Shown in pieces: positions 35,501 to 45,112 of a DNA stretch of 64,000 bases; positions within the stretch are counted from its first letter, which is position 1, and every line of letters begins with the position of its first letter. Source of the stretch: an uncultured Armatimonadetes bacterium. Its GTDB lineage: Bacteria; Armatimonadota; Fimbriimonadia; Fimbriimonadales; Fimbriimonadaceae. The DNA lies in assembly GCA_903833215.1 (NCBI GenBank), contig CAILEM010000125.1, positions 10,743 through 74,742 on the forward strand, written 5' to 3'. Both the position numbers and the translations under genes were made by a program. The notes below the pieces were generated by a model, which worked only from the letters and a program-made list of their open reading frames with translations, ran no database searches and was not told the origin of the DNA.

Positions 35501-37288
35501 ATGGCCAGGGTGGATGACCCCAATGAACTGGCGACGGTGAAATCGAATATTCATCCGTTGCGACGCTTGATCCCCGAGCTAAAGCCGTTTCGGGGATTGA
35601 TGCTCCTTTGCGCCATCATCACCATCTTTCAGAGCACATTTGGATTCTTGCCACCGTATGTGTTGGGCGATATCGTCAATCGCCTACAGCGTGGAGAAAA
35701 GATCAATACGTTGCTCTACCTGGCGATAATTGTTGGTCTAGCCGCCAGTCAGGCACTTCTTGGCTACGCATTGTCGATTGCGATGGCAACCCTGGGGCAA
35801 AATTTCTTGCTGTCCATTCGCGATCGAATGCTGGGTCACATGCAGTCGCTTCCGATCGCTTACTTTGAGAAGAACCAGACTGGAAAACTCGTCAGCAACG
35901 TCATCAACGATGCCGCGACGGTCCAAAATCTCATCACTGCCAACCTGACGACGATGGTCGGTGACCTCGTTCAGTTGGTGTTAGTGATCTGCCTACTTCT
36001 GGCGATAAATCCGGTCATGGCGATGCTGAGCTTGAGCATCGCACCCTTGTACATTTTTAACTTTCGCCGGTTCTTCAAGCCCCTCCAAGTCACGAGCGAC
36101 GACATTCGTGCCAAGCGAGACACGATGTTTGGTCAGATGCAGGAGAAGCTAACGGGAATCCAGACCGTTAAGAGCTTTGGCCAAGAGCGATGGGAGGCGC
36201 GGAGCTTTATGAGCACGACACGAGAACTCATGGGACTCAACGTTCGCCAGGGCGCCCTCGGAGGCGGGCTCTGGACGGTCGCAGACGCTCTCTGTGGGCT
36301 CGCAACTGGGATGGTGCTCTTCTACGGTGGCAATCTGTGTCTACAGGGCAAGATGCAGGCTGGAACGCTGGTTATGTTCCTCATGTATGCGGTGGCCTAT
36401 GTGTATGGACCGATTGTTCGATTCTTGGTTGTGCTCGACCCCATCGCTCGTGCTGAAGCAGCCCTCAATCGAATTTTCCGCACGCTTGGCACGTTCAACC
36501 AAGTCAACGATAAGCCCGGCGCCAAGCCGATGCCTCAGATTGTCGGCCAGGTCAACTTCGAAGACCTCTGGTTTGAATATGAAGAAGGACAACCTGTCCT
36601 TAAAGGTATCAACCTTCAGGTGGAGCCGGGCAAGATGGTCGCACTTGTCGGATTCTCGGGAAGCGGAAAGACGACGCTTGCGAGCCTGCTTCTCAGGCAC
36701 TACGACCCAACCAAGGGGCGCATCACGGTGGATGGAATTGACCTGCGGGATACGCAGCTTTTATCGTATCGAACCCAAGTCGGAGTCGTCGCTCAGGAGA
36801 GCATCCTTTTTAACACGACGATAAGAGAAAACATCCGATACGGACGGTTAGGTGCGACGGACGAAGAAGTCGAAGCGGCAGCCAAGGCGGCAAGTATTCA
36901 CTCAGCCATCATCGCCTTGCCCGATGGGTATGAAACGAAGATTGGAGAAGACGGTATCAAGCTGTCAGTTGGTGAGAAACAGCGCATGGCAATCGCGCGA
37001 GCGCTCATTGCTGACCCTAAGATTCTTATTCTCGATGAGGCGACATCCTCACTGGACTCCCAGACTGAGGCACTTCTTCAGGCTGCCCTCGATAACCTGA
37101 TGGCGGGTCGAACAAGCTTTGTCATTGCTCATCGCCTGTCAACCATCGTCAAGGCAGACATCATTGTTGTGCTTGAGAAAGGCGTTGTCACCGAACAAGG
37201 TGCCCATGCGGACCTTCTGAAGTCGGATGGCTTGTACGCACGTCTGTATCGAGAGCAATTCCGAGTTGCGCTACAAGCCGCGTCTTAG
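35501..37288 (+). CDS. ABC transporter permease/ATP-binding protein (MsbA-like type I exporter)
   Basis: 595 aa. Six-TM N-terminal half, then Walker A GFSGSGKTT, ABC signature LSVGEKQR and Walker B ILILDEATS. Confidence 0.9.
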   Translation: MARVDDPNELATVKSNIHPLRRLIPELKPFRGLMLLCAIITIFQSTFGFLPPYVLGDIVNRLQRGEKINTLLYLAIIVGLAASQALLGYALSIAMATLGQNFLLSIRDRMLGHMQSLPIAYFEKNQTGKLVSNVINDAATVQNLITANLTTMVGDLVQLVLVICLLLAINPVMAMLSLSIAPLYIFNFRRFFKPLQVTSDDIRAKRDTMFGQMQEKLTGIQTVKSFGQERWEARSFMSTTRELMGLNVRQGALGGGLWTVADALCGLATGMVLFYGGNLCLQGKMQAGTLVMFLMYAVAYVYGPIVRFLVVLDPIARAEAALNRIFRTLGTFNQVNDKPGAKPMPQIVGQVNFEDLWFEYEEGQPVLKGINLQVEPGKMVALVGFSGSGKTTLASLLLRHYDPTKGRITVDGIDLRDTQLLSYRTQVGVVAQESILFNTTIRENIRYGRLGATDEEVEAAAKAASIHSAIIALPDGYETKIGEDGIKLSVGEKQRMAIARALIADPKILILDEATSSLDSQTEALLQAALDNLMAGRTSFVIAHRLSTIVKADIIVVLEKGVVTEQGAHADLLKSDGLYARLYREQFRVALQAAS

Positions 37289-37293
37289 GTCGT

Positions 37294-37695
37294 TTACGAT
37301 CCTCGGCGAGTGGTGGCCTCATTCCATGCCGGAAGCCCGTTCAAGATGAGAGCTGCGCGGGCATTCTCCGAAGCTGTCATCAGGTCTCCCCACCTCAAGT
37401 CGTTTCTCGTCGGCAGAAGGCTGCTTGCCCAATGACCGCCGTCAAAGAACTCAGTGACCACCGACCTCACATTGCCTACAGCGCGCGCTTCCTCTTCATC
37501 ATAAAGGTAAACGCCAATCGCCTCGCTCGTGTTTATAGGCAGTTCCTCAAGAATGAGTTGCCCATGGGCCCGTAGGTCACCAGCGGCATAAGAGCATCTT
37601 AGGGAGTGATCCTTAAGATTCCAATCTGACAAGCGACTAAGCGTTGCCAGAAGCTCATATCTCAACCAAGGCTGCGTCAACAAAACTGGCGTCAA
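37294..37695 (-). CDS. Hypothetical protein
   Basis: 133-aa ORF that fills the gap between two genes. No recognisable motif. Confidence 0.4.
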   Translation of the reverse strand: MTPVLLTQPWLRYELLATLSRLSDWNLKDHSLRCSYAAGDLRAHGQLILEELPINTSEAIGVYLYDEEEARAVGNVRSVVTEFFDGGHWASSLLPTRNDLRWGDLMTASENARAALILNGLPAWNEATTRRGS

Positions 37696-37802
37696 GGTTA
37701 ACCCTTAATGCCCCATAAATTGCTAGGGGCAAGCACCCTATTAGTGCAAAAGAACCTATAAGTGCGCTTAAGCAGATGTTTTCTTACCATTTTCCGCTCC
37801 AA

Positions 37803-38900
37803 TTAATGGCTGCGGATTGTCTCTTCAAAAACCTTCCAATGCTCATCGCTGACGCCACCAAAAAGTGATATGCCCGATCCACCTCGATGGTGGACAACGT
37901 TAAGTGCTTTCCGGAAGTCATCAAGATGCCCGAGATCGGGCATATACAGGCCGGCAAACACGGGGAATGTCACCGCCTGAATATTCTCGAGGATGCAGTC
38001 TCCGATCCAGTCGATGTTTTGTTCATAAAAGCTGTTGTAGGTCATCGGACAAACAGCATCCAAGGGCCATTTATCCCAATCCTGACGACAAATCTTACGT
38101 GCCATCGAAGGGGTGGGGAATACGGCCGCGGTGATGAACTTATGTCTCTTCTTCACGGTCGCAGCGAGCTGCTTAACCAAGTGGGTTACCGAGTCATAGC
38201 GAAAATGAAGCCATTGCTGGTCGTGAGCAGGGTCTTTGATGTCCAGAGGATCACGCCCCGAGAAATCTTTGAAAGCCTTCCGCGTGTGTTCGCTGTAGCA
38301 AAAATCGTAGTCTGCCATTTCTTCCGACTGATCGAGGCCGTACTGCTTCCACAGTCCCTTTGGAAGGATAATGTCGGGATACCGAACGTAATCTAGGTGA
38401 ACTCCAGAAATAGCCGGATGGCTTGCGAGTTCATCGGCCTTTTCTTTTAGGTAGTTCTGAACTCCAGGAATGACCGGCGAGACCCACCGATAGTAGTCGA
38501 CGTACGGTGGATGGTCGAAACAGGATTTTCCATTTCGGCTGACCATGTACCAGTCAGGGTGATGTTCGCGAATCCAAGAATCTCCTCGGTTAGTTGTCCA
38601 CATCCAACTGTGCAACTCCAGGCCCGCTTCCTTGACGATGTCAAATTCCCGCTCATCAATTCCGCCCTCAAGAAAAACACCCTGTATGCCGTGCTTGCGC
38701 ATTGTTGCGTACTTCGCTTTGAGCGTCTCACTCGTTGCCGATTTGTCGATTCCGACCCAAACCCAATATTTAGAAGTCATCACTTTTGCCTTGTGTGTCT
38801 CAAGAATCATTTCAGGCAGCCTCTTCAGAGTCAGATGGGGCGAGAGACCTGCTGATAAACCGATCGACGCACCCGCAATCAGGAACTCACGTCGATTCAT
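37803..38900 (-). CDS. Putative glycoside hydrolase, GHL-type TIM barrel (DUF187/DUF4015-like), Tat signal
   Basis: Track ORF extends to 39035. The in-frame ATG at 38900 gives MNRREFLIAGASIGLSAGL (twin-arginine-like). The block GVHLDYVRYP is typical of GHL-type TIM-barrel families. Confidence 0.55.
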   Translation of the reverse strand: MNRREFLIAGASIGLSAGLSPHLTLKRLPEMILETHKAKVMTSKYWVWVGIDKSATSETLKAKYATMRKHGIQGVFLEGGIDEREFDIVKEAGLELHSWMWTTNRGDSWIREHHPDWYMVSRNGKSCFDHPPYVDYYRWVSPVIPGVQNYLKEKADELASHPAISGVHLDYVRYPDIILPKGLWKQYGLDQSEEMADYDFCYSEHTRKAFKDFSGRDPLDIKDPAHDQQWLHFRYDSVTHLVKQLAATVKKRHKFITAAVFPTPSMARKICRQDWDKWPLDAVCPMTYNSFYEQNIDWIGDCILENIQAVTFPVFAGLYMPDLGHLDDFRKALNVVHHRGGSGISLFGGVSDEHWKVFEETIRSH

Positions 38901-38996
38901 CACGCTATTGTGACCGTGCACGCCGGAATAAACAATATTTAGGCCTCGCCAACTTGAGAATGACAAATAAACCTTGAGTTCACTACACTGAGGTAG

Positions 38997-40730
38997 ATGG
39001 TTGTCCTTCTTGCCGTTCTGGCTTTCGCGAGGCAAATGCCGATGTTGGATTTAAGTAAACAGATTGTCCGAGGTACCGGAGTTGGTGGCGTTCAGTGTCA
39101 GCTGAAGGAAAAACGAGGCGTCTATCAGGCGGAGTTGACCAACTCTGGACAGTCTGCAAAAATTGATGAAGTCGTCATCTGCGACATTCCTACGCACTTT
39201 CCAGAGGAATCCGGTCTCTACGGTGAGGGTTTTACGATGCTCTCGCAAACCGGAGGCACGATCGGACACCCGGTTGACATCGGTGCCTATACCGACCATA
39301 GGCATTACAAGATGCCCATGCCGGCAGAGGCAACGACGGTATACAACGTTCTAACGATCAGCCCTCCTGGCAAACCCACCATTTTGATGGGCTTTACGAC
39401 GTGTCGTCGCTTCAGCGGACACTTTAACGTATTCCGGGATCACATCGAGGTGGTTGTTGATACGGAAGGACTGGTTCTCGCGCCAGGTGAATCTTGGCGA
39501 TTGGAAGATTTTTGGGTTGACAGCGGAAACTCCCGGCAGGTTCTTTTCCAGCGGTTTGGGCAGCGAGTTTCGGAGCACGCCGGGCGCTTGCGGTTCTCAG
39601 CGCCTCCGACCGGGTGGTGCTCCTGGCAGTGCTTTGGTCCGTCGGTGACGGCCCATGACGTGCAGGCAAACATCGAAACAATCGCGAAGCGGCTGCCCGA
39701 TCTCAAGTACATCCAGATTGATGATGGTTATCAGGCAAAAACCGGAGACTGGTTGGAAACTGGATCTTCGTTTGGCGGGGGAATTCGGCAGGTGCTCAGT
39801 GATATCCGCGCCAAGGGCCTGGAGCCTGCCATTTGGGTCGCTCCGTTTGTAGCGACTGAAGACTCGCGACTCTTTAAGGATCATCCGGACTGGTTTGTCC
39901 GAGACGAGCTAGGAAAACCTCTCAGATCCGATCGAGTTACGTTCGGTGGCTGGCACAAGCTTCCTTGGTACGTGTTGGATGGAACCCATCCCGGTGCTCA
40001 AAAATACTTGACCCATGTATTTAGAACAATGCGGGAAGATTGGGGATGTACTTACTTCAAAATGGACGCCATCACTTGGGGGGCGATCAAAGGTGGTCAT
40101 TTCTACGATCCGAAAGCCACACGAATCGAGGCATATCACAGAGGCATGCAAGCGATTCGCAAAGGGGCCGGAGAGGGCTTCTTACTCGGCTGCAACCACC
40201 CACTCTGGCCCTCGATTGGATTTATCGATGGGCAGCGTAGCGGGATGGATATCGAGCGATCGTGGCCTAGTTTCTCCAGCACAGCAAAGGAGAATCTCTC
40301 AAGGGCTTGGCAGAACGGAAAGCTCTGGTGGAACGACCCAGATACGCTTCTGCTGACTGGAGATCTTCCCGCAAACGAATACCAGTTCCACGCGACAGTC
40401 ATCCTGGCAACGGGTGGTCTCGTGCTTTCCGGTGACAACGTGCCTGACCTTAAGCAAGCCATGTTGAAAACCATTCGGAAGTTGCTACCCCCAACCGGTG
40501 TCGCCGCCCAGTTTCAAGACGATTCCTTCACGGTCGGTGAGACAGTCATCCACGATGAAACTCGGGTGTTCCTTCTGAACTGGTCAGACGCACCGATGAC
40601 CAAATCATTCCATATGAAGCATCGAGCCGAGGTTACTGACTTCTGGAACGGCAAGGTTTTGGGGCAACTTGCCGGGACGGTAACGGTCGAACTGGCTCCA
40701 AGGTCAGCGAGAGTTTTGGTGTATAAGTAG
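38997..40730 (+). CDS. Alpha-galactosidase-like glycoside hydrolase (GH36/GH27 clan)
   Basis: 577 aa. Block PTGWCSWQCFGPSVTAHDVQANIETIAKRLPDLKYIQIDDGYQAKTGDW, then FKMDA (nucleophile context). An alternative start Met lies at 39036. Confidence 0.7.
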   Translation: MVVLLAVLAFARQMPMLDLSKQIVRGTGVGGVQCQLKEKRGVYQAELTNSGQSAKIDEVVICDIPTHFPEESGLYGEGFTMLSQTGGTIGHPVDIGAYTDHRHYKMPMPAEATTVYNVLTISPPGKPTILMGFTTCRRFSGHFNVFRDHIEVVVDTEGLVLAPGESWRLEDFWVDSGNSRQVLFQRFGQRVSEHAGRLRFSAPPTGWCSWQCFGPSVTAHDVQANIETIAKRLPDLKYIQIDDGYQAKTGDWLETGSSFGGGIRQVLSDIRAKGLEPAIWVAPFVATEDSRLFKDHPDWFVRDELGKPLRSDRVTFGGWHKLPWYVLDGTHPGAQKYLTHVFRTMREDWGCTYFKMDAITWGAIKGGHFYDPKATRIEAYHRGMQAIRKGAGEGFLLGCNHPLWPSIGFIDGQRSGMDIERSWPSFSSTAKENLSRAWQNGKLWWNDPDTLLLTGDLPANEYQFHATVILATGGLVLSGDNVPDLKQAMLKTIRKLLPPTGVAAQFQDDSFTVGETVIHDETRVFLLNWSDAPMTKSFHMKHRAEVTDFWNGKVLGQLAGTVTVELAPRSARVLVYK

Positions 40731-40734
40731 AAGC

Positions 40735-41766
40735 CTAAGTGCCTCTCGACCGTCGGACCTGTACGATCTCGGCGATGATGCTGAGCGCGATTTCCTCTGG
40801 AGATCGCGCCCCGATATTGAGGCCCACAGGTCCGTGAATGCGCTTCAGGTCTTCGTCTGAAAAGCCCAATCCCCTCAATTGTTCCTGTCTTTTCGCTTGC
40901 GTCACTCGACTACCAAGAGCGCCGATGTAGGCAACAGGACTCTTGAGGAGAATGGCCAAGGCGACATCGTCGATCTTTGGGTCGTGCGTTAGGACAACCG
41001 CGTACGTCTCGGCGGAGAGACCAATCCGGTCGAAGGCTTCTTGGGGCCACTCGACGATCATTCTGTCGGGAGGCACGGGAAATCGCTCGGCAGACGCGAA
41101 AGTTGACCGTGGATCTGCGACGATCGTTTCAAATCCAACAATTGCGGCGAGTTGAACCAGCGGAACCGCGATGTGGACGGATCCGATGATCACTAATCGC
41201 GCTTTCGAGGCAAAGACATTGAGGAACAGTCGCTTCCCATTGACCTCAATGTTTTGACTGGTTCGCTTCCGATACGCATCCTCGACAATGCCATCCAAAG
41301 GGTCGGGTGTACCGGTAAACCACAGACTGCTCTCATACGGGTCGTAGGCGGTAATAAGCACGCAAGGCAAGTCATCCGCTACGCGCGAGGCAAGCGCTCT
41401 CCAAACAGCAGGATTCCTTGCAGGTGGATCAGGTTCGACCAAGACTTGGATACGTCCCCCGCACGAGAGGCCGACATCCCACACGCTATCCTCTGAGACT
41501 GCGTCGAACAGTAGTTCCCGAGGTTCACCGCTTTCAAGGGCACCGAGGGCCGCCTCAATGACGGCGGATTCAACGCAACCTCCACTCACAGAACCGCACA
41601 CAAGACCATCTTCACGGATACCCATAACGGATCCAACGGGGCGCGGAGATGATCCCCAGGTTTGGGTGACGGTCGCGGTAGCGAACATCTTGCCCTCCCG
41701 GATCCAAGTCTCGAGGGTAGTGAGAATGGCGTTCATTGTGTCGTTTCCATGTGTGCCTTCTCGCAC
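40735..41766 (-). CDS. XdhC/CoxI family molybdenum-cofactor insertion accessory protein
   Basis: 343 aa. N-terminal XdhC_CoxI block (ATVTQTWGSSPRPVGSVM), then a Rossmann-like XdhC_C block (RLVIIGSVHIA). The start may be the Met at 41736. Confidence 0.8.
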   Translation of the reverse strand: MREGTHGNDTMNAILTTLETWIREGKMFATATVTQTWGSSPRPVGSVMGIREDGLVCGSVSGGCVESAVIEAALGALESGEPRELLFDAVSEDSVWDVGLSCGGRIQVLVEPDPPARNPAVWRALASRVADDLPCVLITAYDPYESSLWFTGTPDPLDGIVEDAYRKRTSQNIEVNGKRLFLNVFASKARLVIIGSVHIAVPLVQLAAIVGFETIVADPRSTFASAERFPVPPDRMIVEWPQEAFDRIGLSAETYAVVLTHDPKIDDVALAILLKSPVAYIGALGSRVTQAKRQEQLRGLGFSDEDLKRIHGPVGLNIGARSPEEIALSIIAEIVQVRRSRGT

Positions 41767-41839
41767 ACCAATAAAATGTCGGCCCAGACCGCCTTACATC
41801 AATAAAGCGAATCTGGGCCGTTGAACTGGACCGAACTTA

Positions 41840-43912
41840 CTAAACCAGTTCGTCGAGCTTGATCGGGAATTTCCTGACGCGCTTACCGGTCGCTGCGAAC
41901 AGAGCATTGGCAACCGCGGGTGGCACCGACGGGTAGCCTGGCTCGCCCATTCCACCCGGTGCCTCCGCACTTGGGATGATGTGAACTTCGACCTTCGGCA
42001 TTCCGTCTAGTCTCATCCATAGGAAGTTCGACCAGTTGTTCTCAACAACGCTACCATTGCGAATGGTAATCGCCGCAGAGAGGGCGGTCGCCAAGCCATC
42101 CGTACAGGCCCCCTGCATTTGAGCCTCGACGCCGGTCGGGTTGACAGCGATTCCACAGTCGACCACGCAAACCGCTCTATGGAGCTTAATCTGCCCATTC
42201 TCGACGCTTAGCTCGATGACATGAGCTGCATAAGATCCATACCCCTCGAAACAGGCAATTCCTCTACCATGGCCCGCCGGAAGTGGTGTGCCCCATCCAG
42301 CCTTCTCTGCTGCGGTCACCAGACAGTGTTTTAGCCGTTCGTTGGTGAGAAGGCCCTTCCGAAATTCGAACGGGTCTTTTCCAGCGGCATGGGCAAGCTC
42401 GTCCATGAAGCACTCATTCGCGACGCTTTGAAGAGTGTGTTCCACGGAGCGCCATGCACCGGTAGGAACTGGAATTCGTACGCCACCTTGCCGCATTCCG
42501 GCTCCAGGGATGTTGTAGGAGAGATCTGGGTTGCCATACGAACCCGCACCACCTCGTCCTGCAGTAATCGTCTGGTGACTCCAACCGACCGGACTTCCAG
42601 AAGCATCAACCGCACCTTTTAACGCTGAGTGACCGGCGGGCCGGTAATTATCGTGCTTCATGTCGTCTTCCCGTGTCCAAACCACTTTGACGGGCTTCTT
42701 GATTGCCTTGGAGACGTTAACGGCGTCAATGATGTACTCGTTTGACAGTCGCCGGCCAAAACCACCCCCGAGGAGCGTGACGTTCAAGGTCACCTTCTCT
42801 TGTGGAAGTTTGAGGAGCCCTGCCACTTGTCCTACCGCACCGGTCGGTTGCTGGGTGCCAGACCATAGCGTGCAGTGGTCGTCATGCACGTCAGCGACGG
42901 CATTCATCGGCTCCATCGTTGCGTGAGACAAATATGGGAAGTCAAAAGTGGCCTCGATTGTTTTGGCCCCTTCCGGCATTTCTTTATGGGGACCAACCGC
43001 AGCAACAAGTTGCGCTGTGATTTTTGCACTGTCAAGGTCCGTGTTTGGCCCCATGTCCCAATCAATCTTAAGAGCTTTTCGGCCGCTGATGGCTGCCCAG
43101 GTGTTTGAACCCACGACGGCGACTCCACTAGGAACCTGGATGACTTGCAGGACTCCAGGGACTGCCTTGGCCGCTGTGTCGTCGAAGCTCTTGAGCGTTG
43201 CGCCAAAAGCGGGCGGTCGCGCGATCACGGCATACACCATGCCAGGGATCTTAACGTCCAAGCCGTACTGTGCTTTGCCGGTGACAACGTCGGGATTGTC
43301 GATTCGTGTTCTCGGCTTGCCGATAATCTTGAAGTCCTCTGGCTTCTTAAGAACGATGTCCGAGGTCGGAACAGGCATCGTCGCCGCAACCGCGGTCAGG
43401 GCGCCGTACGCAACCGATTTCTTGCCGTCAGCGCTTAGGACGTGTCCGCTGGAAGTCTTCAGGGTGGAGGCATCGACTTTCCAATTCTTGGCGGCTGCTG
43501 CGACGAGCATCATTCGAGTCGTTGCGCCAACACGTCGGAGCTCCCCGAACATGGATCGTACGGTATTACTGCCACCGATGCCTTGTCGTCCGTAAACGGC
43601 CTGATTTGCAGGAGCTTGCACGACGGCAACGTTATGCCAATCGACGTCAAGTTCTTCGGCGACGAGCATCGCCAATGCCGTTCTAGATCCCTGCCCAGCG
43701 TCGGGACAGATGATTGTTACCGTCACCTTGCCATCTGGGTCGACTTTGACGAATACATTGGGTGCGAACGAGGCACCCGTACCAGCTGTGGGAGTTTTTA
43801 GCGCAACGTCAGCACATGCGAGAGAGGCAAAGCTACCAAGGGCAAGGCTCGCGCCGACCCCACCGACCAGTTGGATGAAATTTCTGCGGGTTAGTTCTTT
43901 GCGATCACTCAT
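41840..43912 (-). CDS. Molybdopterin-binding subunit of a xanthine dehydrogenase-family hydroxylase (IorB/aldehyde oxidoreductase-like), Tat signal
   Basis: Track ORF extends to 43978. The Met at 43912 gives MSDRKELTRRNFIQLVGGVGASLALG and forms an ATGA overlap with the upstream 2Fe-2S gene stop. The body is long and typical of aldehyde oxidase/xanthine dehydrogenase a/b-hammerhead plus MoCo domains. Confidence 0.85.
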   Translation of the reverse strand: MSDRKELTRRNFIQLVGGVGASLALGSFASLACADVALKTPTAGTGASFAPNVFVKVDPDGKVTVTIICPDAGQGSRTALAMLVAEELDVDWHNVAVVQAPANQAVYGRQGIGGSNTVRSMFGELRRVGATTRMMLVAAAAKNWKVDASTLKTSSGHVLSADGKKSVAYGALTAVAATMPVPTSDIVLKKPEDFKIIGKPRTRIDNPDVVTGKAQYGLDVKIPGMVYAVIARPPAFGATLKSFDDTAAKAVPGVLQVIQVPSGVAVVGSNTWAAISGRKALKIDWDMGPNTDLDSAKITAQLVAAVGPHKEMPEGAKTIEATFDFPYLSHATMEPMNAVADVHDDHCTLWSGTQQPTGAVGQVAGLLKLPQEKVTLNVTLLGGGFGRRLSNEYIIDAVNVSKAIKKPVKVVWTREDDMKHDNYRPAGHSALKGAVDASGSPVGWSHQTITAGRGGAGSYGNPDLSYNIPGAGMRQGGVRIPVPTGAWRSVEHTLQSVANECFMDELAHAAGKDPFEFRKGLLTNERLKHCLVTAAEKAGWGTPLPAGHGRGIACFEGYGSYAAHVIELSVENGQIKLHRAVCVVDCGIAVNPTGVEAQMQGACTDGLATALSAAITIRNGSVVENNWSNFLWMRLDGMPKVEVHIIPSAEAPGGMGEPGYPSVPPAVANALFAATGKRVRKFPIKLDELV

Positions 43913-44391
43913 TTGGTTGCTCCTGCCGCAGCTGCTTTCACCGCGTCGCGAATTCGCTGGTAGGTGCCACAGCGACAAATATTCAGGCCCAAAGCGTCAT
44001 CAAGCTCAGCGTCGGTTGGGTGAGGATTTTTCTTTAACAGGGCAGCGGCGGCCATGATCTGTCCGGCTTGGCAATAGCCGCACTGAGGAACGTCATGCTC
44101 AATCCAAGCCTTCTGAAGTGGATGCTTTCCATCTTTCGATAAGCCCTCGATGGTGGTTACCTTCTTGGTACCCAGGCTTGAGACGGGGATTTGACAGCTC
44201 TGTTGTGAAACTCCATCAACTAGAACCGTACAAGCTCCGCAGGCACCAATGCCGCAGCCAAATTTCGAACCCGTCAGGTCAAGCAAATCCCGCAGAACCC
44301 ACAATAGGGGCATATCCGGGACAGCCTCGACGGACTTTTCCTTTCCGTTTACGTTGATTTTGTATAAAGCCATGGATCTCCTCGCATTCAT
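43909..44391 (-). CDS. (2Fe-2S)-binding small subunit of the Mo-hydroxylase (IorA-like)
   Basis: 160 aa. Two cluster motifs: GCGIGACGACTV and CGYCQAGQIM..C.CGTY. Confidence 0.9.
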   Translation of the reverse strand: MNARRSMALYKINVNGKEKSVEAVPDMPLLWVLRDLLDLTGSKFGCGIGACGACTVLVDGVSQQSCQIPVSSLGTKKVTTIEGLSKDGKHPLQKAWIEHDVPQCGYCQAGQIMAAAALLKKNPHPTDAELDDALGLNICRCGTYQRIRDAVKAAAAGATK

Positions 44392-44542
44392 TCTAACCGA
44401 CGATATGAAACGCGCTTGGTCGAAAATCGAAACTATACTTTAGGATCCATTCATCCTGTCGCATTATTGTGGATCAACGAAAAATCGTTGAGAGAATCGT
44501 TCCTTTTTGGCAACTGAACCGTCGAGATAATGGGCGTCGACA

Positions 44543-45112
44543 ATGATTGGAATTTGCATCTGTTGGGTAGCGATCCTCAAGGCAAACATCGTACACAACG
44601 GTGTGACTTATGAAGTCAAGATTGATCGGGAGGCGGAACATCCCTTACAGGTTTGGGATCGAAAGTCCAAAGTGGATGAAAGTTTGCGAAGGGCATATCA
44701 TCCGTGGGCGCTTCAAGTGGTTGATGTAGACGGAGACGATGTTGAGGAGATCGCGGTGGGCCTTACCAAGGCCACCAAGAGATTGGCCAAACCTCACCGC
44801 ACTCTCTTCATCATGCGCTTCGATGGTCACCAAATCGTGAGGAAATGGGCTGGTTCAACGATGGGACGGCCACTCATTGAATTCTGCTTCAGCCCAAAGC
44901 AAGCTCAGAAGCCCCAACTGCTCTTCACCCTTGAGAGAAAGCCAGACGGCGATATTGCTCTCAGCGGCCATAGGTGGACCGGATTTGGGTTTCAGAAGGT
45001 GGGACGCGAAAGACATTGGAAGCACGCAAGTGGCCTCAACACGTCTCGGAATCACTTAAGCTTGATTGCAGACAATCGAGATATCACGTTTGACTGGAAG
45101 GAGTTGCTTTGA
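44543..45112 (+). CDS. Hypothetical protein with one FG-GAP/VCBS-like Ca-binding-type segment
   Basis: 189 aa. Hydrophobic N-terminus, and a VVDVDGDDVEEIAVGL segment. Its TGA overlaps the TTG start of the next gene (tTTGA). Confidence 0.45.
   Translation: MIGICICWVAILKANIVHNGVTYEVKIDREAEHPLQVWDRKSKVDESLRRAYHPWALQVVDVDGDDVEEIAVGLTKATKRLAKPHRTLFIMRFDGHQIVRKWAGSTMGRPLIEFCFSPKQAQKPQLLFTLERKPDGDIALSGHRWTGFGFQKVGRERHWKHASGLNTSRNHLSLIADNRDITFDWKELL

Noticed and set aside
38901-39035. 45-aa N-terminal extension of the GHL-type hydrolase ORF
   Set aside because: The Tat-like signal starts at the internal Met at 38900. The extension would also overlap the divergent alpha-galactosidase start region.
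42948-43595. 215-aa plus-strand ORF
   Set aside because: It is antisense to the molybdopterin subunit gene, which has a strong family signature. This is a shadow ORF.
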